Assembly (NCBI GenBank): GCA_030141605.1
Contig: JAQGDQ010000108.1
Location: 372,001-436,000, forward strand
Direction: 5' to 3'
DNA length: 64,000 nt
Origin: Tubiluchus corallicola
Taxonomy: Eukaryota > Animalia > Priapulida
The notes beneath the pieces were generated by a model. It was not told the origin of the DNA and searched no databases. It saw only the letters and a program-made list of their open reading frames with translations. A program made the position numbers and the translations under genes. Below, piece after piece: positions 10,909-23,214 of this stretch; within the stretch, counting starts at the first letter, position 1, and each line of letters begins with the position of its first letter.

Positions 10909-12427
10909 TTACTCTGCACTTAATCCCACAATATTATTTGAGCTCTTGAGACATTGTTTAATTGGTACAAAAAGAAGTTCGATCCATTCACGTAAAGCTA
11001 TAGGAAATAAACCAACACAAGGTTCAGTTAGTCCACCCATGCGCCTGATACCCAATCTGCCAATGTGTAAGTAATACGCTCTTCAATCTGTTCGGTAACT
11101 GAATTGGTAATATGCACTTTAATCGTGTTCAATTTCATTGGATGCACTATTTCTCGAAATTTCCTGTGGCCACAGTGCTGTCATTTTCGCATCCCCATTC
11201 CTCATACAATGTGGTGGCTAACACTGTCCGGTTTTGCCGCTGCGCCTCAAATGTAATATATGGTTTCAAAAGTCGCTGTCTGCAAATCATCTGTTCATAA
11301 TAATCGCCCGCCACTTTTCTATACATTTAATTCGTAGTTGTTCTCAGTATATGGTTCTGGGCATAAGCAGTTCTCCGAGTCTAATAATGATGAAACATTT
11401 TCCTTAAGACATGAGCAAGCCAAAGGCTGATTAGCGCATGCATCGATGCAGAAGGGTACATCACGTTCACCAATAATGTATTTCACAAAGCCTTTGGAAA
11501 ACCAGAAAGTGTGCATCCACAAATCCACAAATACGAACCCAACAAATTCAGCAACATGTTTCTTTAGAATAGTCATAATTTTCTGCGGATGCATAAAGAT
11601 TAAAATGTTCATACTATTCTATCATTGTCTCGTTCTCATACTCAATACATGATCCTCCTCCTCTTTTTGGCAGGTAAATATAGGAAATGCTCTTTACATT
11701 TACTTCTACCACCTCCCCTCCAGTTGTGAACTTCCACTCAGCTCCAGATTGTATTTTAGGAATATGAATATTAAAACGATAGCCAATTAAAAATGGTCAT
11801 CTTTACCAGAGTTTTGAATCTTTAATGGTGGCAATCTTACCAAACTATCAATAGGTGTCTCCAGTTTTACATGCAATTCCAGTGGCAAATCTTTAGCTTA
11901 CAAACTTTTTGCACATCATTTGCTTGCTTGGAGGGTACACAGTGAAGCAGTTTAATCCATCATAACTAACATGCTTAATTGAACAGTTTGGTTTTGCAAA
12001 AAAATGTTGACCATACCTGCAACTTACTTTACTCTTAAAAGAAACATTTAGCGATGTTGCTGGACTTTTAATAGATGCATAATCTATTGCAGATTTAACG
12101 CTGAGCCATTTTTGCATGATGAGTTCATCTAAAACAGGTAAAGATTCAGCAACAGACATTTCATTACCTCTTGGATAGCACACAGACAGAGTTGGATACT
12201 CTAGTAGCTGATTATATATCGGACTTATCTTTGTCTGTGTGATTCTGTTCAAGTATTTGGAAAGCTCTACGCCAGCCACAAATAAAAAAGCAACACTGGC
12301 AACAATAAATATAAAACTCCATGATAAATGTGAAAATCGCATTTTGCACTGCCAATGTTCGCGATACCATGTGTAACGACTTCTGACAAAAATCATTAAA
12401 AATTTGTTGAAACGAGCTCGATTCCAT
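10909..12427 (-). pseudogene. Divergent DEG/ENaC paralog, frameshifted pseudogene
   Basis: Fragments homologous to the 531-aa channel: MESSSFQQIFNDFCQKS, WSFIFIVASVAFLF..LLEYPTLSVC, GFVKYIIGERDVPFC..CLCPEP..NYEL and WIELLF..SAE*. Multiple frameshifts and stops, and a broken TM2 region. Confidence 0.88.
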
Positions 12428-12749
12428 TGTAAAATACTGACACGCGTAAAATTGTAACATTAAGATGTTTTCAGTTTGTGAAGTTCCCAAAAAATATTAA
12501 TTCCTGGGGCAATGGCAAGTTAGTTACAGATAGACAAATATTCTTGCCTAGGCAAAACTGACAATTACATCAGGTAAACATCATTTGTACGTTTCAAGAA
12601 CAAGTGAAACCAGGTAAAAGCTTTATTTTCTATAATACTTTTATTCTGTGTTGTTTGCTGAAGCATTGTTCGAGCCACTTTCTGTTGCCTAGTTACGATG
12701 CAGCTTGTCAATTTACATGAAAGCACAGCTTTTACACTAATGGTGTATA

Positions 12750-13590
12750 CCAATAGGAATGATCTTTAGCTTAGGTTTTTCTCTAAATGGTCCTTTAGCT
12801 TTAAAGTAGTCCAATTTTGTCAATGGATATTCCTGTTGGCAACATGTCCATTATTTCATGCTGCTCTTCCTTCCGTAGAATTAAATGACTGATGCCACCC
12901 AAGCTATGTGACCAATTAGCATATTACTTTTGTTCCTGAAAAAGTTACTACTATAGTTAGTATTAATCTGTATATATTTACAATAAACAAAGCTAATAAA
13001 AATGAACCCAATATAGCAAATTAAAAAAATAATATGAATGTGAGTATAATATGAATTAAATAATAACAATGAGTCTTTTACAAGTTTCCTTATTCAGCTT
13101 TAATATATAAAAAAAATACTTTGCACATTCACCAGAAAGATGGACAGAACCGTATTTAGCTTTTAGTCACTAGAAACTTCTGGTAACTTCAAGGCATCTA
13201 TAGTTCTAATTATGCAAAACTAAATTAACGGATGCATCCATAATCGAAAGTAAGTAATGAATCACTAATGCATTTTAGTTTACTGAATAGCGTTCCAAAC
13301 TGAGATTTGCAAAACTCAGTTTCTACTTGTCAGAAAAATTGGCAGATAGTTTACATTTTTACATTCTTACCATTTTTATTAGTCCAGACTGTTAGTCTTG
13401 CAGAGCATTTAATCTTTGCCTCATTGATCCTTGTACTTTCAGATGCTGCTTGCTTTACACAAGTCCTTTATATACACCACTCCTGTGGCAGTGACAATAG
13501 TCCTCTTTCGTATTTTGGTTGGATGATAGCCAGAATCCTTCATGTATCGACAACTGTTTTCATTTTCAGCATGCTCCCACTACAGAAAAC
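12750..13590 (-). mobile_element. Degenerate Mutator-like (MULE) transposase remnant
   Basis: Interrupted minus-strand translations YCHCHRSGVYKG..KQHLKVQGS..KCSARLTV (about 13380-13500) and HLILRKEEQHEIMDMLPTGISIDKI (about 12810-12890). They resemble the CHRSG..LKxQGS / HLxL..GI.ID.I N-terminal region I recall from animal MULE transposases. No TIRs identified. Confidence 0.5.
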
Positions 13591-14085
13591 CTGTAAATTA
13601 TAATAGCTTTATAATATTTTTAATAATTAATTTTTGTTTAATTTTTTTATTCAGTTTGTTGTTTTTGTCTTTAGGTCACCTAATTAGCTATCCTTCAGTG
13701 GGCATAAATATGATTATTACTATTAGACACTGGTGAGTTTGCAAAGTTACTGCTGATAATTTAATTTAAGAAACATTGACTTTTTAAGGTTGTAACAGTT
13801 ACCATACATAATTAAGCATTCAAAATTAGAAAAAAACATAAACATTATCGCTCTATATCCTTTGGACCCTTTGCATACTATGACACCAGACTAGATTTGC
13901 TGTCATTGTTGTTGAAACCATACTGATTTCTGAAAATTCATTTTATTTTGTTAGTCTAGTAGTAAATCTCCAGTAGTTATAATATAACTTTTTAGACAAA
14001 TAGTTCTTCGACTGTAATTGCGACAAATTGCACATTCAATAGATTGTCATCAACACCTAGGTGACTCCACTGGCAAGTTTTCTCA

Positions 14086-17045
14086 CTATAATATGTAATC
14101 CAGCATCCTTGTTATAGGCATGTTCCAATTAGCACGGTGATTAAATTTCAATGGATGATGTTCATAGTGTCTATCTAATTTTGATTTAAATAAATTTACA
14201 GATGTTGCTGTTCTCACATCACAGGGCAATCTATTCCAGATTTCTGGCATCGTACAAGAAAAATAGTCGTATTTACCAGTTTTGTGTGCAGTTATTGATT
14301 TATGAAGAATAGGACCTGATCTTGCTGTACGATGTACTTCTAATTTAACAGGACAATCATCACAGCTGTAAACTCCAGATACATATTTGTATACATCAAT
14401 TAGTTGGCCACGTAAACGTCTAAAAGCTAATGTAGTTAAACCTCTTCGTTTTAACTGACTTTCATACGTCAAGTTCATTAGTTCCGGTAACATGTTGAAA
14501 GCTCTCATTTGGACAGTTTCGACTGGGTCCACTATATATGCCCTAGGACTATTCCAAATACTGCTTCCATACTCCACTTTTGATCGCACAAGTGCCACAT
14601 ATAGAAGCTTGAAAGTTTGCAGATCTAGGTACTTGAAATTCCTCCTTATTAAAGCATTGTTTCGTTTGGCGTTCTTTATGATTTCTGCTATGTGATCTTT
14701 AAAATTTAGTTTATTATCAAGTAATAATCAAAGGTCTTTCTCACAAGCACTAAAGTCCAATTCTGCCGGAATGCCACTTGCATCATACATTTTGTATTTA
14801 TACTCATATCCTGCTCCCACAGATACAACCTTACACTTGTTGAGATGGAACTGCATACCATTTTCAACTGCCCAATCACAGAGCCCTTCTAGATCCAATT
14901 GAAGATCATTACAGTTGGTAAAAGAATCAGATTCAGACCAGATTTTGCTGTCGTCGGCAAAAAGACGAAGAGAATTTCTCACACAACTAGGCAAGTCATT
15001 TATAAATACCACAAATAAACACGGACCTAATACCGAACCTTGCGGTACACCACTAGTAATCAAGGACTCAGTCGATTTGAACCATCAACACAAGTACATT
15101 GACTTCTATTTTCTAAGAAGTTTACTATCCACTGTAAAACTGAACCAGTTATACCACAATTTTTAAGTTTTGCAAACAGAAAGTGATGAGGTACAACATC
15201 AAATGCCTTTTTCAGGTCCAGTAGTATTATATCAAAAGGCTTATTAGCATCTTTTAACTCAAACCATGCATCGTAACATTGTAACAGTTGGGTAACCGTT
15301 GTTCTACCCTTAACAAACCCATGTTGTTCTTCACAAATAATGTTGTATCTTATCAGATGGTTCATTATATGTTTCCGCATGATTTTTTCTGTCACCTTAT
15401 TAATTGTATTTAGTAAGCTAACTGGCCTGTAGTTCGATGGATCTGACTTGTCCCCTTTTTTATGAATGGGAGTAACCTGTGCCACCTTCCATTGTTCAGG
15501 TAACTGACAATCAGCAAAAGACCTATCCAGTAAGGTGTATATAGGCTTAAAAAGCACAGTTCTACATTCATTTAAAATACGTGGATGGTAACTATCTGGA
15601 GCGGATTTGTTTACATTGAGATTTTGTAACTCATAAAGCACCTCTTCTTCAGTTATGGAAACATTGTTGATATCAGGATATTGTTGCACTGTAGTTACTT
15701 CATAGTCAGGAGCATTGGGACTGAATACACTAATGAAAAAATCGTTCAAAATTTGGGCCTTCTCCTCTGAATCAGAGACAAGAATACCTTGGGAATTCTT
15801 CAGTGAATGAATTCTAGACTTTGGCTTCCGAAGCGCATTGATATACTGCCAGAATGCCTTGGGATTACTCTTGCAATTACTTGCTAAAATACGTTCATAT
15901 CTTTTTCTCGCAGTAGTTATAAGGTTTTTCACCACATTACGCCTTGCAGCATACCGTTCATAAGAAAGTTTTGTTCTTCGTCTCTTCCAGTCAAAAAACA
16001 ACTTTTCTTTCTCCTTAATACAGCCAAGCAACTGCTTAGTTAACCAAGGAGGCCGAGGTCGACTACTCTTATTACAAGAACTTGGATAGAAACTAGGCAC
16101 ATATTCATCAACAACTGACATGTACACATTATGAAATTTTGCCCACATATCATCAAGAGTAAGATTACTATTTAAAACATTAATCCAATCAACTTGGCTA
16201 AATGCATTACACATACTGCGGAAATTAACTTTGTTTAAACACATCTTCTTCTGAGGTAGAATTTTGACTGGCAGTACATTTACATTCAAACTAAAATGCA
16301 AGCACACATGGTCACCATTACCTAATGGTGAACTAGATCTCAAATATTTTACCAAATCATCTTGCTCAGTAAAAACTAGATCAAGTAAAGATGGTTCATT
16401 TCCAATGCGATAGCGTGTTGCAAATTTCACGTGTTGAGATAACATGTTCAGCTCAAAGCATTCTAAAAACTCATTTTCCACAGCATTATTGGAGAACTCC
16501 AATTGCCAGTCAATTCCTGGTAAATTAAAGTCACCCAGAATACAGATATTTGATTTGTGAGATTCACAGACATATGAAATCAGTTTAATAAGATTAGCAT
16601 TATCACTGATTGTTGAGGACGGACTTCTGCATATCAGGAGAATACATAAACTTTGATTCTCTTGAAGTTTAATTTTTACACCTACTGCACACTTAAAATA
16701 TTTACAATGTAGTTCAAAAAAGTCAATACTCTGATGAACGTATATAACTACACCACGGCCACAAGAGTTATAAATAGGTATATTATAACCCGGGATTGTT
16801 AACTCAGTTTTGTCTATGTAATTTTCACCAGATTTAGAGTTCACTTCCGTAATTGCAACTACATGATAAATCGTAGAATCCTGAAATAATTTTGTAATTA
16901 ATTCCTGTCTCTTGTTTAAGAATTGATCTGCATTAGTATACAAAACATTAATGTTATTCCCAGAATAAGTCTTAACTTTATTCCATGAGTTACAATATCT
17001 CTTCGGATGCTGTTTACTGCAACCTAGTTCTTTTTCTTTTTCCAT
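14086..17045 (-). pseudogene. CR1 LINE ORF2 (endonuclease-reverse transcriptase), disrupted
   Basis: APE motifs YTNA, AITE, GDFNLPGIDW, LDLVFT, GDH. RT motifs NYRPVSL, QHGF, LDLKKAFD, GVPQGSVLGP, LFADD. One 1-nt frameshift near 15077 and one in-frame TGA at 14728-14730 (EKDL*), after which the frame continues to 14086. Confidence 0.9.
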
Positions 17046-17995
17046 TCGTAGACAACTCCTCTGGCGTAGTTGATGCTCCAGTTTTTTGACGGCTCACGTT
17101 TTTTCTTTTCTTCTAATTCCTTCATGAGTACCTTTCTTTCTTCACGATGTTTGAAAGTTAAATCTGGCCGCACAAACATATTTCCAATTTCACGATTGTC
17201 TGAATCACAAGTCTGACGATATGCTTCTAAAATCCTTGTTTTATCTGCATAAGACTCAACTTGGAATTTGAGCATGTCGTTACCTTTTTGATCTTTAGCT
17301 TTCAGACGAAATATATTGGTAACAGGCTTTACATTACTGACACCAATTTTATCCAAGAAGGCATTTATCATCTCATCGTTTCTTTGTTGTAGCTCATGCT
17401 TGCTTAGATTAGAATCCACCATGGGTACATTTCCTAACACAAGCCGTGTTTTTATTTTTTCACGTTCCCGCATTTCTTGCACTTCATTTACTATTTGGGA
17501 ATTCACCTTACTATTAATGGTGCTGTCAATCGAATTTTCTAGCTCGCTCACTTTTGCAGATACACCCATCACCTTGTCCGCACAACTATGAACATCATCG
17601 GTAATTTTATCTACTCGAGCCTTTAGTGTACGATGTTGTTCCTCTAATTTAGCAACAGATAACAATATCGAAGCAAAGGTGGTGTTACATTTGTTACAAT
17701 ACCAATGAAGATTCATATTGCCTTTCATAAGTATTTTGTAGGTATCCGAATCCACATTCTCACATTTTACATGATGCCAAAAGCAACATATTTCACACTG
17801 CAAGGCCTGATCATCCCGCTGTACTTCTTCACTACATGATCCACATTTAGGAGACAACTCAGCACTGCTATCATCAAAAGTATTGTTTTCCATACTAGCG
17901 GATAACTGTCGATTACTATAACTACCCTTATTCAGAGATCCGGTTGCTGAATTTCTTAAATTACGACGCTTAGGATTGGTAACTGTATGGCTCAT
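17024..17995 (-). CDS. CR1 LINE ORF1 protein (PHD finger, coiled coil)
   Basis: Open frame from ATG at 17995 (track start 18025 is TTG). CGSC..CEICCFWHHVKC..WYCNKC PHD finger, a coiled coil, and a C-terminal FVRPDLT motif typical of CR1/L2 ORF1. Confidence 0.85.
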   Translation of the reverse strand: MSHTVTNPKRRNLRNSATGSLNKGSYSNRQLSASMENNTFDDSSAELSPKCGSCSEEVQRDDQALQCEICCFWHHVKCENVDSDTYKILMKGNMNLHWYCNKCNTTFASILLSVAKLEEQHRTLKARVDKITDDVHSCADKVMGVSAKVSELENSIDSTINSKVNSQIVNEVQEMREREKIKTRLVLGNVPMVDSNLSKHELQQRNDEMINAFLDKIGVSNVKPVTNIFRLKAKDQKGNDMLKFQVESYADKTRILEAYRQTCDSDNREIGNMFVRPDLTFKHREERKVLMKELEEKKKREPSKNWSINYARGVVYEWKKKKN

Positions 17996-18428
17996 TATGC
18001 TCACATAAAAATCGTTTTGACGCAAATGAGACCTTTAAGTTTACTTAGTAGTTTGCGACAGCATTAATCACCCGCATACAAGTCAAGCACTTTACATCGT
18101 GAGTATAGAGTCTATCACGTAATCAATATAATAATGTCACAGTTGTTGTTGACACTTTATTTTTGCACAAATTTACGAAAAAAAAGTTATAATATGGTCG
18201 AATTTATATGAAAGTTTAGAATTTTTAATTAACATCGGAAAAAACATGTCCACGTGGAATCACCGTGGCGCCACCTGCTTATTTATTCACCAGACTTCAC
18301 AAATGGATACATACATAACACCGTCCTTGACCCCGTAAAGCTTTATCCTCATTTGTGTGCTATACTAGATTGGTAAGTTCAAGACCAGCTTCTTACGTGT
18401 TGCTGGTACTATACAAACTGATCACAAC

Positions 18429-19442
18429 ATGGCTAAAGTGTGTGTAATAGGGGCTGGAGTCATTGGACTCTCATCTGCTCTTGCAATTCAAGAAAAACTG
18501 CCTAGTGCCACGATAACAATCATAGCAGAAGAAGTTTCTCCACAACTGACCAGTGATGTTGCTGCAGCTTTGTGGATGCCACATTTGCTACCAGAAACTC
18601 TAGCAAACCGTAAGTGGATTACACGAACATTTCAGCACTTGTCTAGCCTGCTAAAGACAGACTGCCAAACACAATGTGGTGTTACGCTTATTTCTGTCTA
18701 TGAATTATTTAAACAACATAACTATAAATTTCCATGGTGGAAAGACATCCCATATGGGTGTAGGAAAGTTTCCGAAAAAGAACTGGCTGTTTTTCCAGGG
18801 CATAAAGATGGATTTCTCTATACAACAGTTCTGGCTGATACAAAATACTACATGCCTTGGTTGACACAAAAGTTTGTGAACAATGGTGGAATACTGATTA
18901 GAAAGAACATCAGCAGCTTTGAGGATCTTTCAGGACAATATGATATTGTCGTCAATTGTGCAGGTGTGGGGTCAAGATTTATTGCAAAAGATAAAAGTGT
19001 ATTTCCTATCCAAGGACAAGCTTTGAAAGTAGAAGCACCGTGGTTGAAGATGGCTGTAATGTCAATAGACTCTAGTAAAAGCTATTATTCATATATAATC
19101 CCTGGTATAGATGCCGTAACATTGGGAGCAAGCCAAGATAAGGACAAATGGGATATTAAGGTAAACCCATTAGTAAGCAAACAAATTTTTGAAGATTGTG
19201 GTGAGCTCTGTCATAGTTTAAAAGATGCCAAAATACTCAAAGAAACTGTTGGACTAAGACCAGGGAGGCCATCGGTTAGACTAGAATACGAATACGTAAC
19301 TACAAATAGGAAGCCAGTACATGTTGTGCACAACTATGGGCATGGTGGATCTGGTTATACATTACATTGGGGCTGCGCTGTTGAGGTTGCAAACCTAGTT
19401 AATCGGGTTTTGCTAAAACCACGTCAGAAAGCAAAATTGTGA
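18429..19442 (+). CDS. DAO: D-amino-acid oxidase / D-aspartate oxidase family flavoenzyme, paralog A copy 2 (intronless CDS, peroxisomal PTS1)
   Basis: 337 aa with GAGVIG, TSDVAA, YIIPG, GLRPGRP (substrate-binding Arg), HNYGHGGSGYTLHWGCA and terminal AKL. Confidence 0.93.
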   Translation: MAKVCVIGAGVIGLSSALAIQEKLPSATITIIAEEVSPQLTSDVAAALWMPHLLPETLANRKWITRTFQHLSSLLKTDCQTQCGVTLISVYELFKQHNYKFPWWKDIPYGCRKVSEKELAVFPGHKDGFLYTTVLADTKYYMPWLTQKFVNNGGILIRKNISSFEDLSGQYDIVVNCAGVGSRFIAKDKSVFPIQGQALKVEAPWLKMAVMSIDSSKSYYSYIIPGIDAVTLGASQDKDKWDIKVNPLVSKQIFEDCGELCHSLKDAKILKETVGLRPGRPSVRLEYEYVTTNRKPVHVVHNYGHGGSGYTLHWGCAVEVANLVNRVLLKPRQKAKL

Positions 19443-20129
19443 ATAAGGCTATTTTTTTTAATTTTTCCAGGAAGATTGTAAATTATCATGATGAAAAGCG
19501 GAAAAATAGCGTCTCATTAAAACATTTTTGTAACGATTGTCTAGGTAATTATTTATTACATTGTGTAGTATGCTGATAATAAAAAAAACTTTTGTTGTAA
19601 ACCAAGCAAGTGCATAGTTTAGGGTACATTTATTTACCTAGCTTGCCTACAGTGGGGATTAAGTGCACATAAAGGTAAGCTCTTATCTTATAAGTGTCAA
19701 TATGCACATGTAGGGGTGAATGTTTCATGATCACATACAAATTTTTTACAAGGACATTTCAATTTGCGAAATTTTTGGTTGTGAACTGTACTTTGGTTGT
19801 GTTTACTGTGTTAGTTTGCATAAAAACAAACTTTAACTTGCATTGTGTTATATACTACTAAATTTGATGTTAGAATAGCAACACGACAAAAAACTCCGTG
19901 AAACAAATTTTCACTGGAGTTTTTCTAATCCCATCTCTAATAGATAACATGAAATTGGACTCTGCCTCTCTGTCCTTGAATTTATAACAGTCTACGCTTG
20001 AGGTTCAGCCAGCATTACGCACAGTACAGTCTGACTGGTGTGATTGTGTGACCTATATATAGACTCTGCTAAAACTGTAGTACAAAACATTTTCAAAATA
20101 CAATACAATTTTAACGCTAAATCTGTGTC

Positions 20130-21149
20130 ATGGCTCGAGTGTGTGTAATAGGAGCAGGCATCATTGGACTTTCTACAGCTGTTGCAATTCAAGAGAAGCT
20201 GCCTAGTGCAAAAGTGACAATCGTAGCAGAAAGTTTCTCTCCTAGCCTAACAAGTGATGTTGCAGCAGGTTTCTGGGAACCACACCTATTAGGAGACACC
20301 AACGTCCAACTGCAGCGCAAATGGTCAACACAAACATTCCATCATCTAGTACGATTACTAAACTCCGATCAGCAAAAGCAATGCGGAATTGTGCTAATCA
20401 CAGCATACCAGTTTTCTGAGAATAATGATCCAGATGTCCCCTGGTGGACAAATGTTGTACTCGGTTTCCGGAGAGTCACAAAACTGGAACTCAAAGCTTA
20501 TCCAGGCCATAAAAATGGTTTTCAATACACCACAGTTTTGGCTGATCCAAAATACTACATTCCCTGGCTGACAGAGAAATTTCTCACTAATGATGGAAAA
20601 ATGGTTAAAGGAAGAATCAGTAACTTTCAACAACTGTTTGGAGATTATGACACAGCGGTAAACTGCACAGGCGTCGGATCGAAATTTCTTACCAACGACA
20701 ATGATGTAATTCCAATTCGTGGGCAAGTATTGAAAGTGGAAGCACCGTGGGTGAAAATGGCAATGATATCTGTGACTGAAAACACAAATGAAAAGACTTT
20801 TCCGTATATAATTCCTGGAATAGATGCCGTAACATTGGGAGGGACGCATGAAGAGGGAGAATGGGAAATGACAGCCAATGAAGCCGTAAGTGCGAACATA
20901 TTACGGAAATGCACAAAGCTTTGCCCAAGCCTGAAACATGCCAAAGTACTTAAAACAGCTGTTGGCCTGAGACCAGGAAGATCATCGGTTAGATTAGAGT
21001 ATGAAAACATGTCTACAGACAAGGGACTAGTACATGTAGTGCATAATTATGGACACGGGGGGTCCGGGTACACTGTACATTGGGGTTGTGCCGTTGAGGC
21101 AGCAAATCTGGTTAATCAGATTTTACTGAAACCATTAGCAAAGTTGTGA
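20130..21149 (+). CDS. DAO: D-amino-acid oxidase / D-aspartate oxidase family flavoenzyme, paralog B copy 2 (intronless CDS, peroxisomal PTS1)
   Basis: 339 aa with GAGIIG, TSDVAAG, VNCTG, PIRGQV, YIIPG, GGT, GLRPGR, HNYGHGGSG and terminal AKL. Confidence 0.93.
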   Translation: MARVCVIGAGIIGLSTAVAIQEKLPSAKVTIVAESFSPSLTSDVAAGFWEPHLLGDTNVQLQRKWSTQTFHHLVRLLNSDQQKQCGIVLITAYQFSENNDPDVPWWTNVVLGFRRVTKLELKAYPGHKNGFQYTTVLADPKYYIPWLTEKFLTNDGKMVKGRISNFQQLFGDYDTAVNCTGVGSKFLTNDNDVIPIRGQVLKVEAPWVKMAMISVTENTNEKTFPYIIPGIDAVTLGGTHEEGEWEMTANEAVSANILRKCTKLCPSLKHAKVLKTAVGLRPGRSSVRLEYENMSTDKGLVHVVHNYGHGGSGYTVHWGCAVEAANLVNQILLKPLAKL

Positions 21150-23214
21150 GTTTTAAAACTATGCAACACAAACTGTAAAACGCATGTGCGTTATGAACTA
21201 CGTTTTAATATTAAACTAATGTAGACAAACATAAATGTAGGTTAATTTAGAGTACATCACTTTGTGAAGCCCACAGACTGACAAAAAGTCTTGAATATAT
21301 TTTGCAAAAACAAACAAGATAAAAAATAACAAATGAAACAAATGATGTTAATTTAATTTCTATAGACTTTTGTTATTTGCTACATTAATGTTGTGCTTAT
21401 GTTAACATTATGCTTTGTTATTAAAAATCGAGTTTAAGACTCCAAAAGCAGAGTAATTTAGAAAAACATTTAATAATTATTTTTGTTGTGAATACTCGTT
21501 AAATGACAAGTAGTTTAGAGAGAACGCTGGTGTTAGAGAGTTTTGTCATAGGTAATGTCAGTGTTTTGCATTATGATTAATAAAGCTATAGTCACAAAAT
21601 TCTTACAGTAAAAATATTGTAGAATAATATTACTTTAGGACACAGTAAAAATATTATACAATAATATTACTTTAAGAAAAATTTTGCTCAGATAAAGTTG
21701 ATTGTACTTGGAGTGGATGCTTACCGCTTGCCCACAAGATAGGTTATATTTTCTATACTTCTACATCAGGTATGGCCACTATCACACTTGCTAGGGTTTC
21801 CGAAGCTTCATAAACCAATAAACCTAATCCATAAGTACTGAATCGATGTCGCTGCTGTGATAGCGCCCGAATTTCGTGCCCTATCTGACGTACTACTGTC
21901 CAAGCTTGATCTTTTACTTTGAATGCCTGCGCAAGCCAAATAAACACTGGTTTACCTAACAATTACCTAGCAACTTTTTATACTTCTTTAAGAGATGAAG
22001 CAGTTTAATTTTGCATATATACAGTTGTGAAATCGGTACAGGTAACCTAGTTACGTTTAACACATACTCGCCTCTCGTTGGTTATTTTAAAAATGCATAA
22101 ATACAGGTGATTCCCACAGGTCGTGGAGAAGTGAATTTCTCGATCTAGCTAGACAGTTGATACTTGGTTTTGAGCGTATTGTTGCGTGTGGCAGGCACGT
22201 CTAAAGCCTGTCCACACTGCTCAGTTTGAACATCTCTTTAACGAGATTGAGATGCTTTGATTTATACTATTGTGGAACTTCCTCTGATGTTATAAGCGGA
22301 GTAGAAATGGCTTGTTAATATGGTCAATGGAATACGGAACCTAATCTAGACTTGTATTGGTGAGACTCCCAGCAAGTTGGCAGACGGAGTCAAGCAAGCT
22401 AGACTGTCGTATCACGAGGAAGCTGTAACTACCATGTCAGTGGTGAGGCGAAGAGGTGACGATCCATGAGATTAGCTGCCAGCAGCTGTCGGATCTTGGG
22501 GGAATGACACATGCAGATCAGGGCAAAAGACGGCAACCTTGTTAACCGTCAGTGACAACAGCATCACAGACAATCAAAATAAGACAATAAAGATTTCTTG
22601 CTATAAGTTTACTATCGATTATTATGTGTCTGTATTGGTACATGTATTCATTTATGTTAAGCTCATGCACAATTCTACCCAAGAAACACCTTCTTAGGGT
22701 CTGTACTTGATGACTGAAATCATTAATTGTCAGAATTGTTGAACCTTGTTTTTCAGAGATCATGCCAATGGGTAAAATGAATAATCATAATAAAAGTTTC
22801 GATTTTTATTGGGATATATACCTTATATGATAATTACATGTAACAGATATTTAACTGTAACGCAAATAACTGTTGAAAATCCATCAAGCGACCACCCTCA
22901 TCAAGCTCTTTAAATGATACTTCTGAGTTTTCCTATCATGTCAGATTCCAAGAAAGTGGTGGTTATTGGAATTATGGTGTTTCTACTGCTACCATCAGCA
23001 GATTCCATAGCTTTATGATAACATACAAATTTACAATATATTACATATAATACATTAGCATACACTGCTGGAAAGAAAAAACGGATATGAGAATTTGTTT
23101 CAGACTCCAACACTGAAACGATAATGCACTTTATGCGGCTGACATTTCTAAATGTTAAATGACATATTTAATTCGTTTCGTATTTTGCAGATGTCATTTG
23201 AACAACCGGTATAA

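Larger units (their letters stand above)
2373..12747. repeat. Segmental duplication unit 1 (DAO-A, DAO-B, DEG/ENaC cassette)
   Basis: Colinear with 18323-27234 through genes and intergenic DNA, starting at GTCCTTGACCC and ending at ACTAATGGTGTA. Several indels, including about 10039-12587 absent from unit 2. Confidence 0.92.
14086..18300 (-). mobile_element. Near-full-length CR1-clade non-LTR retrotransposon (LINE); ends approximate
   Basis: ORF1 with a PHD finger overlaps by 22 nt an ORF2 with AP endonuclease and reverse transcriptase. No clear TSD or 3' tail seen. Confidence 0.9.

Noticed and set aside
15060-15080. Possible programmed frameshift in LINE ORF2
   Set aside because: No slippery site seen, CR1 ORF2 is normally continuous, and a second lesion (TGA at 14728) indicates decay.
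2481-21149. Horizontal transfer of the intronless oxidases from bacteria
   Set aside because: The proteins look like animal DAO/DDO and carry a peroxisomal PTS1, and composition matches the host. Retroposition or intron loss is more economical; a phylogeny would settle it.
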